In this document: positions 1-10,606 of the stretch, in pieces
How positions within the stretch are numbered: the stretch's first letter is position 1
Layout: each line of letters opens with the position of its first letter
Assembly (NCBI GenBank): GCA_963779615.1
Contig: CAVZZA010000003.1
Coordinates: forward strand, 320,001-384,000
Direction of reading: 5' to 3'
DNA from: an uncultured Nitrososphaeraceae archaeon
GTDB taxonomy: Archaea; Thermoproteota; Nitrososphaeria; Nitrososphaerales; Nitrososphaeraceae
DNA: 64,000 bases
Translations under genes and position numbers: made by a program
Notes under the pieces: generated by a model
Database searches by the model: none
What the model was told of the DNA's origin: nothing
Seen by the model: the letters and a program-made list of their open reading frames with translations, nothing else

Positions 1-87
1 GAGGTGACATACGGCGAGAAATGCTCCATATGCGGGAAAAAAATTGATGAATTTGGTTTTTGTGCTTGTAATGGATGCTCGGGATGA
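1..87 (+). CDS. 3' end of small Cys-rich (Zn-finger-like) protein, truncated by window edge
   Basis: Manual translation EVTYGEKCSICGKKIDEFGFCACNGCSG*; CxxC plus CxC motifs. Confidence 0.6.
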   Translation, partial: EVTYGEKCSICGKKIDEFGFCACNGCSG

Positions 88-260
88 CAGAGCATTGACA
101 AAAGTTCTGCGGGATACAAAAAAGGATACATAAAAAATGTAATAGCATACAATGCATTGACCATAACAAGGCGAGAGCAAACAAAAAAATAACCTTGGTT
201 TTTATGAATACTCCCTTGTTTTCAAATAAAAATTAAATACAAGATGAACAAAATCAGTAT

Positions 261-425
261 ATGAGTGATGAAGTGATGGGAATTGTTACATATGAGTGCA
301 TGTCATGTGGAACATTGGTAACTGCAGAGGAACTTTCTTACCTGCCTGAAATAAAATGTATATGCGGTTTTAGGGTATTTAGAAAAATAAGGCAACCAAT
401 AGTCAAACAATTAAAAGCGATTTGA
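261..425 (+). CDS. rpoP: DNA-directed RNA polymerase subunit P (Rpo12)
   Basis: Not in ORF track. Manual translation MSDEVMGIVTYECMSCGTLVTAEELSYLPEIKCICGFRVFRKIRQPIVKQLKAI*; YxCxxCG...KC.CGFRVFRK.R is the Rpo12 Zn-ribbon pattern. Confidence 0.9.
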   Translation: MSDEVMGIVTYECMSCGTLVTAEELSYLPEIKCICGFRVFRKIRQPIVKQLKAI

Positions 426-598
426 AAATAAAATGCCCAGACTGTAAAGGGAAGGCCTTTTTATCTGATGACTTTACATTTGTTAAATGTGACGATTGCG
501 GTTATGAAATGACCTATGGCGAGTATGTAAAATATATAGCATATAAGGATCCGCGATATTCAGATATATTAAGCGATTACAAGGAAAAAAAACATTAA
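422..598 (+). CDS. small Zn-ribbon protein (58 aa)
   Basis: TTG start overlaps rpoP stop; MKIKCPDCKGKAFLSDDFTFVKCDDCGYEMTYGEYVKYIAYKDPRYSDILSDYKEKKH*; two CxxC. Confidence 0.8.
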   Translation: MKIKCPDCKGKAFLSDDFTFVKCDDCGYEMTYGEYVKYIAYKDPRYSDILSDYKEKKH

Positions 599-608
599 GG
601 TAAATTTT

Positions 609-1823
609 TTGAGGGATGATAAAAATTTACTGCATCGTGGAAAAAAAGAGTTCTTTTGGGCTAAGGAGAATATGCCCATAATCGACAAGATAATTAAAAA
701 ATATAAAAATAACAAAGTACTGTCGCACCTCAGTTTGGGGATATGTTTGCACATTACAAAAGAAACCTCGGTGTTAGTGATGGGGTTAAAGCACCTGGGT
801 GCCAATATTTTCTTGTGTCCCGCAAATCCAATGTCATCACAAGAACACATAGTAACTTTACTGAGATCAAATGAGATTGTTGTGTTTGGAAAAAGGGGAG
901 AAACAACCCAAACCTTTTATGAAAACATGGACAAGGTACTGGATAAAAAACCAAATATAATAATTGATGATGGCGCAGAATTTCATAACAGAGCGTTAAA
1001 AAAAAAATATGAAATTTTTGGCGGGACAGAGGAGACAACCTCTGGCATAAATCGTTTAAAAGTATGGTATAAAAAAAAATTAATTGACTATCCCATCATA
1101 GCTGTAAATCAATCAAAAACAAAACATCTTTTTGATAACAGATATGGAACAGGTCAAAGTACTATTGAAGGGATTTTAAGAACAACCGGAGTTTTGCTGG
1201 CCGGAAAGCGTGTGGTAGTTTGTGGTTATGGCTGGGTAGGTAAAGGCGTCGCAGCTTATTCCAAAGGTTTAGGAGCAAAAGTCATTGTAACCGAAATTGA
1301 TGCCATTCGTGCACTAGAAGCTTTTATGGACGGTTTTGAAGTAAAACCAATTAAGGAAACAACCAGTTTTGCTGATATATACATAACATGTACAGGTCAA
1401 CTAAGAGTAATCAGGCAAGAGCATATAGAAAAAATGAAAAATGGTGTGATATTATGCAATGCGGGACATTTTAATGTTGAAATAGATACGGATTATCTAA
1501 GCGATGCAGATTATCACCCAACAATGATCAGAAAAAATTTAAACTGTTATAAAATAAACAAAAAAAAGATTTACCTGCTTTCAGAAGGCCGAGTAATAAA
1601 TTTGGTGGGCGGTGAAGGAAACCCCCCAGAAATAATGGCCCTTTCGTTTGCAAACCAGTTATTGTCTATCATATATTTATCAAAAAATTACAAAAAACTA
1701 GAAAATAAACTATACAGGGCTTCGAAAAGAACCGAATATAATTTGAGTTCTCTAGCAATGCAATCATTTAACATCCAAATAGATAGCCTTACGCAGGAAC
1801 AAAAAGATTATTTTTATTCATAG
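609..1823 (+). CDS. ahcY: adenosylhomocysteinase
   Basis: Motifs CLHITKET, IIDDGAE, EETTSG, KHLFDNRYGTGQS, GYGWVGKG, NAGHFNVEID. Confidence 0.97.
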   Translation: MRDDKNLLHRGKKEFFWAKENMPIIDKIIKKYKNNKVLSHLSLGICLHITKETSVLVMGLKHLGANIFLCPANPMSSQEHIVTLLRSNEIVVFGKRGETTQTFYENMDKVLDKKPNIIIDDGAEFHNRALKKKYEIFGGTEETTSGINRLKVWYKKKLIDYPIIAVNQSKTKHLFDNRYGTGQSTIEGILRTTGVLLAGKRVVVCGYGWVGKGVAAYSKGLGAKVIVTEIDAIRALEAFMDGFEVKPIKETTSFADIYITCTGQLRVIRQEHIEKMKNGVILCNAGHFNVEIDTDYLSDADYHPTMIRKNLNCYKINKKKIYLLSEGRVINLVGGEGNPPEIMALSFANQLLSIIYLSKNYKKLENKLYRASKRTEYNLSSLAMQSFNIQIDSLTQEQKDYFYS

Positions 1824-1887
1824 ATATCACACATAGCGTTTAATAAAAGCAAGATCTCAATAAAATAAGTTAGTCCACATCAAAAGA

Positions 1888-2121
1888 CTAGTTTAGACGT
1901 AGTTTCTGCTTGGAGAAAGAATTATGCGGTTTTGTCCTTAAAACGGTGTTACAGCATGGACATCGAGATCCAAGCCAATCCAAAAACAGTTCACATTCCT
2001 TACAAAGTTTGTATCCCTGGCTATAATAGCTAAGGGTTTCAGCCGTTTTATATGCTTTATATTTATTACAAAGAGATCTACAATACATCTTGAAAGAACG
2101 ATATAATGCCATCATGATCAA
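1888..2121 (-). CDS. small thaumarchaeal Cys-rich Zn-finger protein
   Basis: CxxxC...YSQGYKLCKECELFLDW...CPCC...LRTKP; paralogous to 39287..39544. Confidence 0.75.
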   Translation of the reverse strand: MIMMALYRSFKMYCRSLCNKYKAYKTAETLSYYSQGYKLCKECELFLDWLGSRCPCCNTVLRTKPHNSFSKQKLRLN

Positions 2122-2279
2122 ACTTTAGGCAACATGTAAAAATACACTCTGTTATTTTCATGCTATTGATTTAAGATATTCTAATAATAACTTACCTATA
2201 GCACATTGCCTAAAATGCAAAAGATGCTTTTTATTATCAACAACGCATAATCATTGAGGACGTCATTGCGATAAAATAT

Positions 2280-2768
2280 TCATCCTTTTAGATGTTTATA
2301 TATCAATTTATTACCACAGGAATTGCAGTACATAAACTTAAGAGCATAATACTTTTTACAGATACTGCAGAATTTTGTAGTTTTAACTATTTCAAAGTTG
2401 CTCTTACCTGGGACTAGGGTGTCTAACGATAAAAACTTTGCGGTATTGATAACTGTATAATCAGTAGACATAATAGGCAGTTTTAATTGAAAACTTAATG
2501 CAATAATAGAACAATCAGGTTTTGATAACCCAAATTGACCCATTAGTTTTACCTTGTTTACTATGTGTTTGATATTTTCTGATGAAGGCTCTACAACCAT
2601 TACCTTTCCCAGAGACAACAATAGGTCAAGGCCGTTTATTTTTTTTTTAATATGCCTAACTTCACTTAAGATATCAGAGGTTATAAAATACCTTAGGCTA
2701 GAATCCGATTGGAATGGAATTCCCATATAAAATATATTTGAATCTGTAACATATTCTTTAATAACCAA
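2280..2768 (-). CDS. nob1: NOB1-family PIN endonuclease with Zn ribbon
   Basis: PIN motifs (VTDSN, LSKPD..IIAL, STDYTVIN.A) plus C-terminal CSIC...CNSCG. Confidence 0.85.
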   Translation of the reverse strand: MVIKEYVTDSNIFYMGIPFQSDSSLRYFITSDILSEVRHIKKKINGLDLLLSLGKVMVVEPSSENIKHIVNKVKLMGQFGLSKPDCSIIALSFQLKLPIMSTDYTVINTAKFLSLDTLVPGKSNFEIVKTTKFCSICKKYYALKFMYCNSCGNKLIYKHLKG

Positions 2769-3561
2769 GCTTTTTCAACTGCCTAACTCTATTTTTATTA
2801 AACCTTAAAAAAATTGCATCATGTTTATGCCTAGAAATTGAAATTTTCTCATTTTTTGGTATTTCCTGTATTTGTTGTCCATCTACAATTAACTTGATAT
2901 CATAATTAGCACACAAGCTCAACTTCATTATAGGGATAACAAATGACGGCATTCTATTAACAGAAGCAACTGGGGTTACTAAAATGCATTCAAGATTTTC
3001 ATGTATAATTGGACCTCCGTTTGATAAAGAATGACCGGTGGAACCTGTGGGTGTAGAAAAGACCATCCCATCCATTTTTTGGGAAATGTTATCACCATTT
3101 ATAGATAGGTGAAAGGTTGGTGTTTTGGTAAGATCAGAACGAATAAAAACAAAATCGTTCAATGCATGGTAGAAAAGTTTATCGCCTATGTTAGCAAATA
3201 ACCTAATTCGGTTATCAAAGAAATAATCCCCATCTAACAAAAAAGGAATAATGGAAAATGCAGAATCTTTTGAAACCTCAGAAAGTATTCCCCGGGTTCC
3301 TCCAGCATTAATACTCAAAACAGGAATGCCAGGACTCAGTGTTCTAAAAGTTCTTAAAGTTGTTCCATCACCACCCACTGCTATAGCCAAATCAATTTCT
3401 GTTTTACTATTGTTTTTGTTAGATAATTCCCTATCAGAAAAATAATCAATTACTTCGATTCCATTATTCATTATTTTTTCTTTCAATTTTAGAGAAACTT
3501 CTCTGGATTCATCGTTATTATGTTTGGTGAAAAATGCTATGCAGTTTATATCTTTTCTCAA
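2758..3561 (-). CDS. nadK: NAD(+) kinase
   Basis: GGDGTTL, ALND, DGMVFSTPTGSTGHSLSNGGPI. Confidence 0.95.
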   Translation of the reverse strand: MRKDINCIAFFTKHNNDESREVSLKLKEKIMNNGIEVIDYFSDRELSNKNNSKTEIDLAIAVGGDGTTLRTFRTLSPGIPVLSINAGGTRGILSEVSKDSAFSIIPFLLDGDYFFDNRIRLFANIGDKLFYHALNDFVFIRSDLTKTPTFHLSINGDNISQKMDGMVFSTPTGSTGHSLSNGGPIIHENLECILVTPVASVNRMPSFVIPIMKLSLCANYDIKLIVDGQQIQEIPKNEKISISRHKHDAIFLRFNKNRVRQLKKLGY

Positions 3562-4371
3562 CTGTTATTTGATATCATGGAGTGGTATATTTTTTTAATC
3601 TTTATGCAATCTTTAGAAACTTGTTTTGATCAATTAATTTGTCCTAATCAATTAATTACAGGATATTAGAGACACATCATTAGATAAAAAAGTCATAGAG
3701 CCAAACCTTTACTAAACAATCACATCAGAAAGAGAACAACAAACCTCATCCTTACAAAAGCCATATGAAACAGACCGGAGTTGTCACTAACATCCCTCAA
3801 ATAAAGATGCCACAAGATTAATATCAATATTTTAAATGCATAACAAAATAGTAGTTATGTAAAAACCCTCTGAATACACTCACTTATTTTTTCAATAAAT
3901 CTAATAAAACAAGTAATAATATATTGTATATATAGTTGTATGAAAATCAGATTTTCTAGACAATAAGGATAATAACAACATTAACCTATGAAAGACAATA
4001 TTCTCACTTTTTTATTGTGGTAATAATGACTATCGTTGTGACCGAAATAGCTTTTGTGATATAGGTTTATGCAAGGAACAACAAGAAAGACAGGCATGAC
4101 CGTTCATCAGGTGCAAATGGATGTGAATGATTAATATATTCCAACATAAATAATAGCGGTGAATACTGTGGTCGATCTGACCAAACAACCAGTTATAAAC
4201 TATAACTGTCTGTATAACCATCTTTTCTTTTCTTTTCTTTTCATTCTTTGATTATCATCGTAGGTATTAGTAAAATATCAAAGGATTGATCACATTGATT
4301 TCTAATACACCTGTTTAACCTCTAGTCCCATATTCAAGAGCCGGGGCCCAAATAAATAGACAACTTTGTGA

Positions 4372-4445
4372 TGGGCCGAAAGGGATTTGAACCCTCGACC
4401 TTTCGATTATCAGTCGAACGCTCCACCAAGCTGAGCTATCGGCCC
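4372..4445 (-). tRNA. tRNA-Ile(GAT)
   Basis: Reverse complement GGGCCGATAGCTCAGCTTGGTGGAGCGTTCGACT-GAT-AATCGAAAGGTCGAGGGTTCAAATCCCTTTCGGCCCA folds as a cloverleaf; no intron. Confidence 0.96.
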
Positions 4446-4844
4446 TGTTTTAATAATTTTTTAGGTTTTTGTTTTTCTAATATAAATGTAATTTATCAAT
4501 TATTAGTTACTCTTTTTACTTAGCCTTTCTTAAATTATCATTGTGTAATTAAAAAAATGATTTAACCATAACTATATGCGTTAGTTTGCATTCTTTAATT
4601 TAAGTCAATTATAAGGTATACAGATTTGGCAATACATGACAGTTTTCAAAAGGGGTTATATATATTGCTTTGTTTTGTCGTTGAACAACAATATCATCAT
4701 CTTTAATACTAATATCGCATTAAATCAACCAATTGAATTTGATGGTAGATGCGCCAAAAAAAAACGGATGGTAGAATACATATGAAAGCCCATAGATATG
4801 AAGTGCAGCAAATTCATGATAAATATTGGGAGGTGAGGTCATAA

Positions 4845-6008
4845 TTGAAAAAAACAGATAGTGATGATGACTCATCAGTCAGCTCCTACCAAGACTCTAA
4901 AGTGGTTAAAACGGGTATTTCCGAATTAAATAATTCCAATCCATATGACGAACAAGTAACTTTCATCAATTATACACATAGATACTGTGTATGTATTATT
5001 GATATAGTCGATTCTACAATGAATACCAAGGAGATAATAGGATCAGAGAAGATTAGAGGGTACTATTCCATATTCCTTAACACAATGGCCACAATAATCA
5101 AAGACCATAATGGAAAAGTAATTAAAAATTCGGGTGATAATCTCTTATACTATTTTCCCAAAACTGTTGATGCATCTAATGAATTAGCTTTTCAGGATGT
5201 TCTTGACTGCGGTTTAGCGCTGATTGCATCAAATTCAACCTTAACTGCAAACTTATCCAACTATGGCCTACCATCCATCGATTATAGAATCAGTGGAAAT
5301 TATGGAAAAGTAGAACTGGCAACGTCAACAAATTCTAATAACGTAGATTTATTTGGCCCTACTGTTAATATTTGTTCAAAAATAAATCATTTGGCATTAC
5401 CAAATGAAATGGTTATTTATAAGGATCTATATGATATTATATCAAAATCCTCTTATTTTAAAGACTACAGATTCAAAGAAATAAGAGAGGTTAATGATGA
5501 TGATGAATATAGACAATATTCATTGTCGGTCTATTCTGTACACACCGTTAGTGATCCAATAGAACAACTAGAAATAAGTGATAAAAAAAGGCGAAAACAT
5601 ACAGAACAACAGAAAAATAGGCAAAATCAGGAGAACTCTTCTTTTAATATCTTATTGATAGACGATGATTTAGATATTCTTTTTACCTTCACAACTATTA
5701 TTGAGGTCGAGGGTTATAACATTGCCACATATTCTGAACCATATAAAGCACTGAATCATTTTTCACAAATGTCTCCATATTATTACGATTTGGTGGTAAT
5801 GGACATACGTATGCCCGGTTTAAACGGCATTCAGCTGTATTCAAAAATCAAAGTCATGAACCCAGAAATTAAGGTGCTTTTCTTATCCGCTCTGGATGCA
5901 GTGGACGAATTATTAAGCATATTTCCAGACATAAAACCCAGCGAAATAATTAGAAAACCAGTCGAACCCAAGGCACTGCTTTCAAAGATAAAAACAATAC
6001 TAAGGTGA
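4845..6008 (+). CDS. class III adenylate/guanylate cyclase domain fused to C-terminal receiver domain
   Basis: IDIVDST, IKNSGDN, DLFGPTVNICSK; then LLIDDD, VMDIRMPGLNG, FLSA, KP. Confidence 0.9.
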   Translation: MKKTDSDDDSSVSSYQDSKVVKTGISELNNSNPYDEQVTFINYTHRYCVCIIDIVDSTMNTKEIIGSEKIRGYYSIFLNTMATIIKDHNGKVIKNSGDNLLYYFPKTVDASNELAFQDVLDCGLALIASNSTLTANLSNYGLPSIDYRISGNYGKVELATSTNSNNVDLFGPTVNICSKINHLALPNEMVIYKDLYDIISKSSYFKDYRFKEIREVNDDDEYRQYSLSVYSVHTVSDPIEQLEISDKKRRKHTEQQKNRQNQENSSFNILLIDDDLDILFTFTTIIEVEGYNIATYSEPYKALNHFSQMSPYYYDLVVMDIRMPGLNGIQLYSKIKVMNPEIKVLFLSALDAVDELLSIFPDIKPSEIIRKPVEPKALLSKIKTILR

Positions 6009-6133
6009 TAATAAACACCAGGGTATCACATTGAAAACTTCATTTTTAAAACAATATAATCTGTCTATACTCGGAAAATATTGTTAACTTAATATACAAC
6101 GTTTACATCAATTAACGGCATTTTTGTTTCGTT

Positions 6134-7906
6134 TTGAATATTAAAAATCCGCAAAGTTTTTGTAGTAACCAAACAATTTCAGTAATATTAGATGTGGGAT
6201 TCTCTAGTGCGGTTTCAAATGATTTAACTAACAGGTTTGTTCATTTTAAGCAATGGTACTCACATTATTTTGGGTTTCTGGCAAATAAAACATTTCTAAA
6301 GTACACACTGCTGCCAACAATACCTCTGTCAATAATTGCAATTTTTTCGTTGGACCCGAGTATTTGGTTGGGCTCTGAGATTCACCATTTTTACATAGAG
6401 CTTTTTGGAACAATATTGGCTGGGGTACTATCTTTTTACTATATCTTGCATGCCCGCAAATTAAACGATAAATTCAGCCTGTTTGTGGGCATAGGATTTC
6501 TTGTTAGTGCTCTGATTGACTTACTCCATGTTGCTGTATCGTTTAGTTTGATTGAGAATGTTTCTTTTCTCAAACATTTCATTCCCCAAACGTGGTTTGC
6601 CGGAAGGATCTTTCTTAGTTCTATGCTTCTTATTGCCATTTCAAAATACTCCATTCTCTCTCCTTTCGAGGAGATAAAAGGCAATGATAAAGAATTGTTT
6701 AACAAAGAAATTGGAAATGATAAAGTACGCTCGCTAATACAACAAAAAGGAAAAGAAGAGAGAATTCAGAAAAATATTATTATCTATATAATCGCCCTTG
6801 GAGTATTTGCGGGCAGTATTGCAATATTTTCATTATTCATAATATTTCCAATAAGCGTTCTAGACGATTATTCCCTGCATAGACCTTATGAAATTCCGCC
6901 ACTGATATTATTTTCCCTTACATTGTTTTTTTTCTATAAAAAACACCTGTATTTGAAAAAGGATATAATATACAAGGGAATACTTGCATATTTAATAGTT
7001 GACATTTTTTCTCAAATCATAATGTCATACTCATCAACATCATTTGATACAGCGCATAATATAGCGCATGTACTCAAGGATGTGGGATACTTTATCAATA
7101 TTATTGCACTGGCATTATCAAGCGTACAGCATATTGTTAATTTAAGGGAAAGTAATGAACTGACTAAAAAGCAATATGAAAAGATAAAGGAATCAGAAAA
7201 AATGAAAAATGATTTTATCAACATAGCAGCTCATGAATTAAGAACACCAATACAGCCAATTTTAGGCCTCTCTAAAATCCTTTCTGACAGGACAGGACAA
7301 ATTGAGAATTACAAAGAGCATATCGATATAATTTTCAAAAATGCAAAAAGACTGCATAAACTAGCAGATGACATTTTGGATGCATCTAAAATTGAAAGCC
7401 ATTCCCTAAAGATAAACAAAGAACAGTTTGATTTGGTTGAAGTAGTTTCAACAGCAATAAAGGATCAAGTGAATCAATTAGGAAAAGATAATGAGAATAT
7501 AGTATTTTCTTTCAATGTTAATGCGGGTAATTTAAAGGAAGAAAATCGCAATACAAAAGACGATTCAATTATGGTCAAAGCAGATAAAAATAGAATAAAC
7601 CAGGTTTTGTCCAATTTGTTAGGAAATGCAATTAAATTTACTCAAGATGGCAGCATCTCTGTCATGATAAAGAAAAACAATAAGGAGATTATTGTTGGCG
7701 TAAGGGATGATGGACAAGGAATTAATAGAGAAATACTGCCAAAGTTATTTGATAAATTTATCACAGACTCTACCTCCGGAACAGGTTTAGGTTTGTATAT
7801 TTGCAAAAATATTATTGAAGCGCATGATGGCAAAATATGGGCAGAAAACAATAGGACTGGAAAGGGAGCAACCATTACTTTTAGTCTACCACTAAATATG
7901 AAATAA
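6134..7906 (+). CDS. membrane sensor histidine kinase (MASE3-like multi-TM sensor, HisKA, HATPase)
   Basis: Multiple TM helices; AAHELRTP H-box, NLLGNAIKFT N-box, DDGQG, GTGLGL. Confidence 0.93.
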   Translation: MNIKNPQSFCSNQTISVILDVGFSSAVSNDLTNRFVHFKQWYSHYFGFLANKTFLKYTLLPTIPLSIIAIFSLDPSIWLGSEIHHFYIELFGTILAGVLSFYYILHARKLNDKFSLFVGIGFLVSALIDLLHVAVSFSLIENVSFLKHFIPQTWFAGRIFLSSMLLIAISKYSILSPFEEIKGNDKELFNKEIGNDKVRSLIQQKGKEERIQKNIIIYIIALGVFAGSIAIFSLFIIFPISVLDDYSLHRPYEIPPLILFSLTLFFFYKKHLYLKKDIIYKGILAYLIVDIFSQIIMSYSSTSFDTAHNIAHVLKDVGYFINIIALALSSVQHIVNLRESNELTKKQYEKIKESEKMKNDFINIAAHELRTPIQPILGLSKILSDRTGQIENYKEHIDIIFKNAKRLHKLADDILDASKIESHSLKINKEQFDLVEVVSTAIKDQVNQLGKDNENIVFSFNVNAGNLKEENRNTKDDSIMVKADKNRINQVLSNLLGNAIKFTQDGSISVMIKKNNKEIIVGVRDDGQGINREILPKLFDKFITDSTSGTGLGLYICKNIIEAHDGKIWAENNRTGKGATITFSLPLNMK

Positions 7907-8083
7907 TTAAGGATATAAACAATAAATTCAAATATTGCGAAGGATTGTGAATTAAAAAAAAGATAAATAATGGTCTCTATAGATAATTTAAATGAATAAT
8001 CTAAAAGGGGAATGTCCAACATTTACTTTTGAGATATTATTTAATATTAATGATGAAAAAAATAAACCTCAAAGCTAAGGAAT

Positions 8084-8470
8084 ATGAAAAATGAGATGGA
8101 AAAGAAAAAGATTTTCATGGTAGATGACGAACCTGATATTATTTTACTCTGTAGAATGGTTTTAGAAGAAGCGGGATTTGAAGTCCATGCATTTACTGAT
8201 TCACTTTCAGCACTAAAAAGTTTTAAAGCCGCCTTTTATGATTTAATTATTCTCGATATCAAGATGCCAAACATGGATGGCTTTGAGTTGTGTAAAAAAA
8301 TAAAGGAGTTAGATAGCAAAGTCAAAGTGTGCTTTTTAACAGCTAGCGAAATGTATTATGAAACATTCAGAAAGAAAGAATATTGTTTGGTGGATAAAAC
8401 CCTCTTTCTCAGAAAACCAATTGAAAATGATGATTTAATAAAAAAAATAACAGAATTAATCAAGGCTTAA
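8084..8470 (+). CDS. stand-alone response regulator receiver protein
   Basis: VDDEPD, LDIKMPNMDG, FLTA, KP. Confidence 0.93.
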   Translation: MKNEMEKKKIFMVDDEPDIILLCRMVLEEAGFEVHAFTDSLSALKSFKAAFYDLIILDIKMPNMDGFELCKKIKELDSKVKVCFLTASEMYYETFRKKEYCLVDKTLFLRKPIENDDLIKKITELIKA

Positions 8471-9251
8471 AAAGGTTTTTTTATGCCATTCAAATCCCTA
8501 TGCACTTTTCCATCACCACCTTTGAAATTCAAAATGTCATACCATCAAGCATTTAAACCATGGAATAAATGGCCGAGTCCGATATTATAAGACTGTTGAT
8601 AAGAATTAACTAACATGAAAAAACATTTTTGCAAATATCGTTACAAAAAAGTCTCCCATGCTTCCGGATATAGAAACTTAACTTCTATTGAAAAGGAAGA
8701 TGGTTTGTATCCATAAAAGATAACACATAAAACAAAAAATAATTCTTTCATAATGCGTAAAGATATTTATTTGTAAAACAGTCATCTCCATCCAAATTGT
8801 TTTTCACAGGAAATAAAATCACCACCTAAACCGACACTTATTCCTTCTCCAAACAATAAAAAAAGCATTACTTTTTTTGTGTTTATCTTTATTGGCATTT
8901 TATATTTTAGATAATAATTCATCCATTTAATTACAAAGAATTTTTAAATGGAAATTATATCTTTTTTGAGGCATATTCACCCTAGTCATAAAATGATGGA
9001 CCAGAACAAAAGAATGTTTTGCTCCGTCTTTATTGTTTAGATTTCCATTGCTTCTTGATTATATTTTGTCAAATACACAATAATTGTTTCATTATTTAAA
9101 GAAGACATTAATCCTGGTTAATATGTATAAACGGCCATTATCCTTTTTACCTCATTTGAATCTATGTTTAATCTGTTGTACAACATATTAAACATCACAT
9201 CACTAATAAATTATATCATCATAGAACTACAGATAAAAAACATGGCCAAAA

Positions 9252-10007
9252 CTATATTGTATTGTTAAGGAATTGATCAATTGTATTTTTGAATACAGGT
9301 AGAGGTCGAGCTCCTTCAATCGCAGCGACTTTTGTGGAATTGTGCTTTAATATTAAGAATGTAGGGGTCGAAGCTAATCCCAAGTCTTTTGCAAAAAGAT
9401 CATTCTTTACAACAACTAGATTGTATTTATGAGAATCCACACAGGAGGAAAATTGCCCAATGTTATTTACCTTAACATTCTTGGCGAATTCAATTAAGGA
9501 TTCATTCGAAAGCCATCCAGTATTTTCACCCTTTGAATTCTTAAAAACTTCATCATGAAAATCCCAGAATTTGTTTTGCTCTGCTGCGCAATAGGAAGCT
9601 TCAGCGGCAAGAGTTGACAATTTATCTTTGGGTAAATCATTAACTACAAAATCCTTGTACACAAATCTTGCGATACCTGAATTTACATAGTTAGCAATTA
9701 AATCATTTTTTGTTTCATTATTAAATTTGGCACAGAAAGGACATTGATAATCAGCAAATTCAACAATAGCGATTGAGGCATTATTATTACCTAACGCCGT
9801 AGCACCGGGTATAGACGGAGTGGTTAACTCGGATATTAATTTTTGAATTTGAGCCTTTTTGTCATCAGTGTTTTTATTATTGTTACCCATATTCGAAAAG
9901 CCACTTAAAGAACCACCTATAAGAAGAGCTCCAAATAATACTGCCATTATTATTATATTACGATATTTAGTTTTACTTTTGTGTGGCTTTCGAATTCTCT
10001 TTTTCAA
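9252..10007 (-). CDS. DsbA-family thioredoxin-fold protein, membrane anchored
   Basis: N-terminal TM; EFADYQCPFC; cis-Pro STPTF; GARP. Confidence 0.92.
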   Translation of the reverse strand: MKKRIRKPHKSKTKYRNIIIMAVLFGALLIGGSLSGFSNMGNNNKNTDDKKAQIQKLISELTTPSIPGATALGNNNASIAIVEFADYQCPFCAKFNNETKNDLIANYVNSGIARFVYKDFVVNDLPKDKLSTLAAEASYCAAEQNKFWDFHDEVFKNSKGENTGWLSNESLIEFAKNVKVNNIGQFSSCVDSHKYNLVVVKNDLFAKDLGLASTPTFLILKHNSTKVAAIEGARPLPVFKNTIDQFLNNTI

Positions 10008-10095
10008 GTTAACACTATAAGGAAAACATTACTGATATTTAAAATAAATTCATCAAAATTTTTGAAGGAAAATTTACAAATAGAACAATAAAAAA

Positions 10096-10539
10096 CTAAT
10101 CATCAATGCCATTTACCGAATTCTTTAACTTTTTTCTGATCATTTCAAAAGCTTTTTCTGCCCTATCTTTTTTTGGCAATTGAATGAAAAAAACATTAGA
10201 ACTAGAATTGTTAGTTGAAGACAAGCCCAACATTCCAGCATTGGCAAGGTTATAAAAGAAATCGAGATTTTCATTGGCATATAATAGGTAGTTTCCTTCC
10301 AGGTGGCTATTAATAAAATTGAAACTGATTTCAACAAAAATGTGGTGTCCATCATCATATATATTTAAGTTTGTATCGATGGACATCTTGTTACCATAAG
10401 ATTTTTTTAAAATCTGTTCAAAAAAGAGGTCTTCCACATATAAACAAGGTATTTTGGTATCGTGGTAATCTATGATGGCATATCCTAATTTGTGAAGGCT
10501 TTTTACAAAATCATCTAGAGTGTTTAGATTCCTTTTCAA
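10096..10539 (-). CDS. hypothetical protein
   Basis: 147-aa ORF, host-like composition, co-oriented with neighbours. Confidence 0.7.
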   Translation of the reverse strand: MKRNLNTLDDFVKSLHKLGYAIIDYHDTKIPCLYVEDLFFEQILKKSYGNKMSIDTNLNIYDDGHHIFVEISFNFINSHLEGNYLLYANENLDFFYNLANAGMLGLSSTNNSSSNVFFIQLPKKDRAEKAFEMIRKKLKNSVNGIDD

Positions 10540-10606
10540 TTATTGATATAAATTCGCGATAATTTTATTTATTTATTGCCACAAAAAAATGAAGGTAAAT
10601 TAAAAG

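Noticed and set aside
3562-4371. Integrated element at tRNA-Ile
   Set aside because: No duplicate of the tRNA 3' end or integrase found by eye; region looks like AT-rich non-coding DNA
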